Source: Candidatus Raskinella chloraquaticus (lineage in GTDB: Bacteria > Pseudomonadota > Alphaproteobacteria > Rhizobiales > UBA4765). Taken from it: a stretch of DNA of 64,000 nucleotides. Each line of letters begins with the position of its first letter. Position 1 is the stretch's first letter. Location of the stretch: positions 67,330 through 131,329 of the forward strand of contig DEZK01000012.1 in NCBI GenBank assembly GCA_002365175.1, written 5' to 3'. Below, piece by piece: positions 59,374-64,000 of the stretch. A program made the translations under genes and the position numbers. The notes beneath the pieces are model-generated. The model saw only the letters and a program-made list of their open reading frames with translations, was not told the origin of the DNA and made no database searches.

Positions 59374-60336
59374 TCACAGCCGGCCAGAGATCGCCTGCCA
59401 TAGCGGGTTATTACTCGTAAACACATAGTCGAGCTGGCTGACGCTGACCGTGTCGGCACCAGCCTCACGCAGCCTTTCGACAACTGCAAACACAGCGTCA
59501 TCGGGCACATGCAGCACGCTGACCCCGGAGGCGGCAATGAAGGGGCGATGCACGCCAAACTTGCGCTCAAGCTCGATCATGAGCGCTGCCGGCACTGCAT
59601 GGTCGGTGCGCACCTCACGCATCGTCCGTGCACGCGCTTCCGCTGCCAGCCGATCGCATAAAAGGCGCAGGGCGCGACGCGTGTCATCTGTCCACGCCGC
59701 TGCGCGTGAGGCGAAAAGAGCAGCCTGGCTGGCAAGAATTTCACCATCGCCGATAACCTTCAGGGCGTTGGCCGCAAGCGTGCTGCCGGTCGTCGTGATA
59801 TCAACGATGGCATCGGCTGCGCCAGCTGCCGGCGCGCCTTCGGTCGCCCCGAGGCTTTCGACGATACGATAATCAGCGATGTCGTGCCTGGCAAAGAAGG
59901 TGCGGGTGAGCCGGACATATTTGGTCGCCACCCGTAAATGGCGCCCGTGACGGGCACGAAAAGACGAGGCGACCTCGTCGAGATCAGCCATGGTGTCGAC
60001 ATCGATCCAGGCGCGCGGCACAGCAACCACAACACGGGCATGAGCAAAGCCCAGCCGCGTTACCGTCAGTGCTTTTGTGTCAACCTCGGCCACGGCCTCG
60101 TGGATGAGGTCTTCGCCGGTAATGCCGGCATGGACCTTGCCGGCGGTGATCTCGCGGGCAATTTCGCTGGCCGCCAGATAGGCAATCTCGATCCCGTCAA
60201 CCCCCCTGATGTGACCGCGGTAATCACGCTCGCCACCGGGCCGCTCAAAACGCAGGCCGGCACGATTGAAAAAGTCCATGACCGCCTGCTGCAGGCGACC
60301 TTTGGAGGGTACGGCGAGGATCAACGGGCCGCTCAT
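59374..60336 (-). CDS. hisG: ATP phosphoribosyltransferase, long form (catalytic domains plus HisG_C-like regulatory domain)
   Basis: 320 aa starting LILAVPSKGRL, with DITTTGSTLAAN (PRPP loop). A ~90-aa C-terminal extension has a beta-alpha-beta pattern resembling E. coli HisG_C (VLHVPDDAVFAVVERLREAGADTVSVSQLDYVF). Its start overlaps the hisZ stop by 4 nt. Confidence 0.85.
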   Translation of the reverse strand: MSGPLILAVPSKGRLQQAVMDFFNRAGLRFERPGGERDYRGHIRGVDGIEIAYLAASEIAREITAGKVHAGITGEDLIHEAVAEVDTKALTVTRLGFAHARVVVAVPRAWIDVDTMADLDEVASSFRARHGRHLRVATKYVRLTRTFFARHDIADYRIVESLGATEGAPAAGAADAIVDITTTGSTLAANALKVIGDGEILASQAALFASRAAAWTDDTRRALRLLCDRLAAEARARTMREVRTDHAVPAALMIELERKFGVHRPFIAASGVSVLHVPDDAVFAVVERLREAGADTVSVSQLDYVFTSNNPLWQAISGRL

Positions 60337-61457
60337 GGCGCCTCCTCCACGAGGCGTTCCACATAAAGCGAAAAGCCGATCGCTGGAACCGGCACTGGTG
60401 CTCCGAGAAGCGTGAACAGACGATCATAGCGACCACCGCCGATGAGAGGGGGCTCACGCCTGCCGGCCGCGACATGGAGTTCGAAAACGAGACCCGAATA
60501 ATAATCGAGGCGGCGGCCAAAGGCCGATGAAAAAATCATCTCGTCAAGCGCGAGGCCAGCTTTACGGATAGCCTCCAGCCGCGCCGCAAACTCGTCCAGG
60601 GCGCCAGCGACCGTCACACCAAGTGGCGCGAGGACAAGACGCGCCGCCATCAACGCATCGCCCGGCGGACCTTCAATGGCAAGGAAGCGCTGCAGCAGGT
60701 CAAGATCGGCGGGCGGGCTGATTGCTGCCCTCCGGCTTTCCGCGCGCTCAAGAAAGCGCTCGGCGATGTCCTCAACGCCGCGCCCGCCGGCGGGGCTCAG
60801 ACCGCCCAGCGCCAGCAAATCAGCCACCAGGGCGCGCGCGCCCTCAGGATCGTTCCGATCGAGAGCCGACATCAGCCCGGCATGGGTCGATATCGGTCGT
60901 TTCTGCCCTGCTGGTTGTGTCAGGTCGGTGCCGATGAGGGCGGAGCGGCCAAAATCGCGGGCAAGCTTGCGTCGCCACGCGGCCGGCAGGTCGAGCGCAT
61001 CGAGAACGCTGCGAAAGAGGCCGACATCGCCAAGGCGCAATTGCGGCTTGGCGACGCCATGGCGGCGGGCGCAGTCAATGGCCAGCGCCAGCAGCCGCGC
61101 ATCTTCCACCGAGCGGTCGGTGGCGCCGATGGCCTCGACCCCGCCCTGCCAGAATTCGCCCGATCGTCCGGTACGCAGCCGGAAGGCGCGCCCGAAATAG
61201 ACATAATCCGCGCGACGCGCCGGCTCGCCAGCAGCCATGTGGTCGATGCAGACGGGAATGGTGAGTTCGGGGCGCAGGCACAGATCGCGCCCCTCGCTAT
61301 CGCTGGTGAGAAACAGGCGCTTGCCTAATTCCTCCCCCGAGAGGTCGATGAAGAGATCGGCTGGAAACAGCAGGCCAGGTTCGCTTGGATGAAATCCCAG
61401 CGCCAGGAAGGGCTTGAGAAAACTGTCGCGATCAATGGAAGGCGGCGGGGTTTTCAT
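60333..61457 (-). CDS. hisZ: ATP phosphoribosyltransferase regulatory subunit HisZ (HisRS paralog)
   Basis: 374 aa with a class II aaRS-like core (LRPELTIPV, FRLR...GR.GEFWQ.GVE, GGGRYD) and no anticodon-binding domain. It sits between hisS and hisG. Confidence 0.85.
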   Translation of the reverse strand: MKTPPPSIDRDSFLKPFLALGFHPSEPGLLFPADLFIDLSGEELGKRLFLTSDSEGRDLCLRPELTIPVCIDHMAAGEPARRADYVYFGRAFRLRTGRSGEFWQGGVEAIGATDRSVEDARLLALAIDCARRHGVAKPQLRLGDVGLFRSVLDALDLPAAWRRKLARDFGRSALIGTDLTQPAGQKRPISTHAGLMSALDRNDPEGARALVADLLALGGLSPAGGRGVEDIAERFLERAESRRAAISPPADLDLLQRFLAIEGPPGDALMAARLVLAPLGVTVAGALDEFAARLEAIRKAGLALDEMIFSSAFGRRLDYYSGLVFELHVAAGRREPPLIGGGRYDRLFTLLGAPVPVPAIGFSLYVERLVEEAP

Positions 61458-61469
61458 CGGCGCAACCCG

Positions 61470-62990
61470 TCAGCCGGCAGCAGGAAAATGACGGGCGAGG
61501 ATGGCCTGCACGCTCTCAACCAGCGCGCTTTCGTCGACCTCGATCTGGGCCGGGCGCTGCTCTTTGCGCTCAGTGTGGCTTACAATCGCCTCGTCGGCCT
61601 TCGCTCCCTCGATCAGATCCTTGATCTGGATTTTACCGGCAGCCTTTTCATCGCCACCCTGAATGATGACGCAGGGGCTTTTGCGGCGGTCGGCATATTT
61701 CATCTGGGCTTTCAGGCCAGCAGAGCCGAGATACATCTCAGCCGCAATGCCGGCGGCGCGCAGACGTGCCACCATCGACTGATAATCAGCAAGGCGATCC
61801 TTGTCGAAAACTGTCACCACCACGGGGCCCGGCGCATTAAGACCATCAAGGCGGCCAAGGACTTTGAGCGCTGCCGCAAGCCGCGAGACGCCGATTGAAA
61901 AACCGGTTGCCGGCACAGGTTCAGGCCGGAAGCGGCCGACTAGCCCGTCATAGCGACCGCCGCCACCGACCGAGCCAAAGCGCACGGGATTGCCCTTCTC
62001 ATCCTTCACCTCGAAGAGGAGTTCAGCCTCGAAGACCGGGCCGGTGTAATATTCAAGGCCACGGACGACGGAGAAATCGGCTTTGATGCGATCTGGACCG
62101 TACCCGGCCGCCTGGATCAAGCCAAACATGTCCTGAATTTCAGCTATACCCTCGCGATAGGCCGCGATAGCGGAGAAGGATTGATCAATCTGAGGGGATG
62201 CCATTCTGACAAGAAACAGAGCGCCGTCGACCTGCACCGACGCATGAAGATAGGCGTGAATGGCCGCGATCTCGTTTTCTGCCAGCCCTGCTCCCTTGGT
62301 GAAGTCGCCGCTCTCGTCGAGCCGGCCGGACCCGAGAAGCTTGGTGACCTCCTCCCAGGGGAACTTATCCGCCTTGTCAATCGCCCTGAGCACGGTCAGC
62401 CTTCGCCCGGCATTCTCCTCGCCGCCAAGGCCGATTGCCTCCATCACGCCGTCGAGGATCTTGCGGTTATTGACCTTGATCACATACTGGCCGCGCGGGA
62501 TGCCGAGCGCTTCCAGCGCGTCGGCCGCCATCATGCAGATTTCAGCATCCGCCGCTGGCGAGCCTGACCCCACCGTGTCGGCATCAAACTGCATGAACTG
62601 GCGAAAGCGCCCCGGCCCCGGCTTTTCGTTTCGGAACACCCAGCCGAGGCGATAGCTGCGATAGGGTTTGGCGAGCGCCTCGAAGTTTTCGGCGACATAG
62701 CGCGCCAAGGGTGCCGTCAGATCATAGCGCAGGCTGAGCCAGGCCTCGTCATCGTCCTGAAAGGAGAACACGCCCTCGTTCGGGCGGTCCTGATCGGGCA
62801 GGAATTTGCCGAGGCCCTCGGTATACTCGATAAACGGGGTTTCGACCGGCTCGAAGCCGTAAAGTTCATAGACCTTGCGGATTTTGCCCAGCATGGCGTC
62901 GGTGGCGCGCAATTCCGACGCCGGGCGATCGGCGAGCCCGCGCGGCAGGCGCGCCTTCAGACGCTGTGGCTTGGCTGGTTTTTGCGACAT
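61470..62990 (-). CDS. hisS: histidine--tRNA ligase
   Basis: 506 aa with class II motifs ([41 protein letters not shown]) and a C-terminal anticodon-binding domain. Confidence 0.9.
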   Translation of the reverse strand: MSQKPAKPQRLKARLPRGLADRPASELRATDAMLGKIRKVYELYGFEPVETPFIEYTEGLGKFLPDQDRPNEGVFSFQDDDEAWLSLRYDLTAPLARYVAENFEALAKPYRSYRLGWVFRNEKPGPGRFRQFMQFDADTVGSGSPAADAEICMMAADALEALGIPRGQYVIKVNNRKILDGVMEAIGLGGEENAGRRLTVLRAIDKADKFPWEEVTKLLGSGRLDESGDFTKGAGLAENEIAAIHAYLHASVQVDGALFLVRMASPQIDQSFSAIAAYREGIAEIQDMFGLIQAAGYGPDRIKADFSVVRGLEYYTGPVFEAELLFEVKDEKGNPVRFGSVGGGGRYDGLVGRFRPEPVPATGFSIGVSRLAAALKVLGRLDGLNAPGPVVVTVFDKDRLADYQSMVARLRAAGIAAEMYLGSAGLKAQMKYADRRKSPCVIIQGGDEKAAGKIQIKDLIEGAKADEAIVSHTERKEQRPAQIEVDESALVESVQAILARHFPAAG

Positions 62991-63061
62991 TTATCCCCGC
63001 GCTCACTCTTCACGCGCGGGGATAAACGCTATCCATCGTGGCGGCAAGCGCCGCGAGGCGA

Positions 63062-63814
63062 TCAATCGAAGAGGGCGTCGATCATATCCTGGCTGGCGCG
63101 GCCGCCATCATCGGGCAGAGCCGGGCCGTTGAGAAGATGAGCTTCCTCGTCCAGCTCTTCCTCGCGCATCGCCGGCTTGACCTGTTCGAACTCTTCCATG
63201 CCACCCCAGATATCCATCATCTGCGTGACCCGCTCATCGACAAAGCGCAGCACGTTGACGATCTTCTGGATGCGCTGGCCGGTGAGATCCTGGAAATTGC
63301 AGGCTTCGAATATGCGCAGGATATTTTCCTGGATGTCGAGCGCCATGCCCTGATCGTCACCCTTGAGCTTGGCGGCGAGATTATGGGCGTTCGTCTCGAT
63401 CTTCTCGGTTGCGGTCAGAATGGTGTTGGTCGCCGATTCCGTACCATCGACGATGGCGTCCAGCTCATCGGAAACACGATGCATCGCACCGCCGGTCTGA
63501 TTGGACACATGAAGCGCGGCGATTTCCTGCTTGGTGAGATCAATCGCCTCGCGGATGCTGGTGAGCTCTGCCTTCATGCGGCGGGCTTCATCAAGCTCCA
63601 CCTTGCAGAAATCGATCATTTCGCGGGCGCCCTGGTCAATCACCTGTGCCGGAGCTTCGTTGGCACTGGTGATCTTGGCGTTACGAAATTCCTCGGCCAG
63701 CTGCTCAAGCTTGTCCAGAAGCTCGGTGTGGCGCATGGTCGCCATACGGTCAGCAGACGGCGCGGCCTTGCCGCTCTCCTCGATACGAAACACGCGACGC
63801 AACGGCAGGCTCAT
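63062..63814 (-). CDS. CheZ-like CheY-P phosphatase (second paralog)
   Basis: 250 aa with the motif ACNFQDLTGQRIQK and a C-terminal peptide ASQDMIDALFD resembling the CheZ CheY-binding tail. Confidence 0.7.
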   Translation of the reverse strand: MSLPLRRVFRIEESGKAAPSADRMATMRHTELLDKLEQLAEEFRNAKITSANEAPAQVIDQGAREMIDFCKVELDEARRMKAELTSIREAIDLTKQEIAALHVSNQTGGAMHRVSDELDAIVDGTESATNTILTATEKIETNAHNLAAKLKGDDQGMALDIQENILRIFEACNFQDLTGQRIQKIVNVLRFVDERVTQMMDIWGGMEEFEQVKPAMREEELDEEAHLLNGPALPDDGGRASQDMIDALFD

Positions 63815-64000
63815 AGACGCAACTCCAAGATGATGATTGCAATCTAGGGATGCCTTCTCAATTCCCGGTTAAGATTGCCGCGCCGTTTATGAAATTTCGA
63901 AAATGCGGCTGATCGCCCTGCGTTTTCTGCAAAAAATGGTTAATGAACCGTCTGCAATCGCTTCGCTGCTTATTTTGCGGCACACTCTGGCGCTCTTAGA

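Overview
Densely coding, high-GC chromosomal window. By eye the GC is in the low 60s percent, which I did not compute. Gene content and synteny look alphaproteobacterial, of the Hyphomicrobiales/Rhizobiales type: ileS-lspA-DUF3035-M16-M16-mutL, DUF4170-DUF374-waaA-lpxK, hisS-hisZ-hisG, ndvA and a CIRCE-controlled groESL. I support about 55 protein genes, one tRNA-Phe, and a few regulatory or repeat elements. I found no rRNA, CRISPR array, transposase, integrase or prophage genes. The most coherent system is a complete beta-hydroxyaspartate cycle cluster, bhcABCD with a divergent IclR-type bhcR, at 2.2-7.6 kb. This pathway is already described, but it is usually left unannotated. Nothing here qualifies as a clearly novel multi-gene system. 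The best candidates for follow-up are listed below.
- A two-domain GIY-YIG protein lies against the 3' end of tRNA-Phe.
- An uncharacterised two-domain protein is divergently paired with a GT4 glycosyltransferase.
- A perfect 10-bp-stem palindrome sits in frame inside ileS.
- An 18-nt tandem direct repeat lies in the aminotransferase/ndvA divergent promoter region.
- A long-form HisG is encoded together with HisZ.
- An orphan CheY and two CheZ-like phosphatases occur without core chemotaxis genes.
- Two tandem GGDEF-EAL paralogs are split by a strikingly AT-rich spacer.
- A membrane-anchored EAL protein has a degenerate active site.
Many long ORFs in the six-frame track are antisense or out-of-frame artefacts of the high GC content, and I rejected them.
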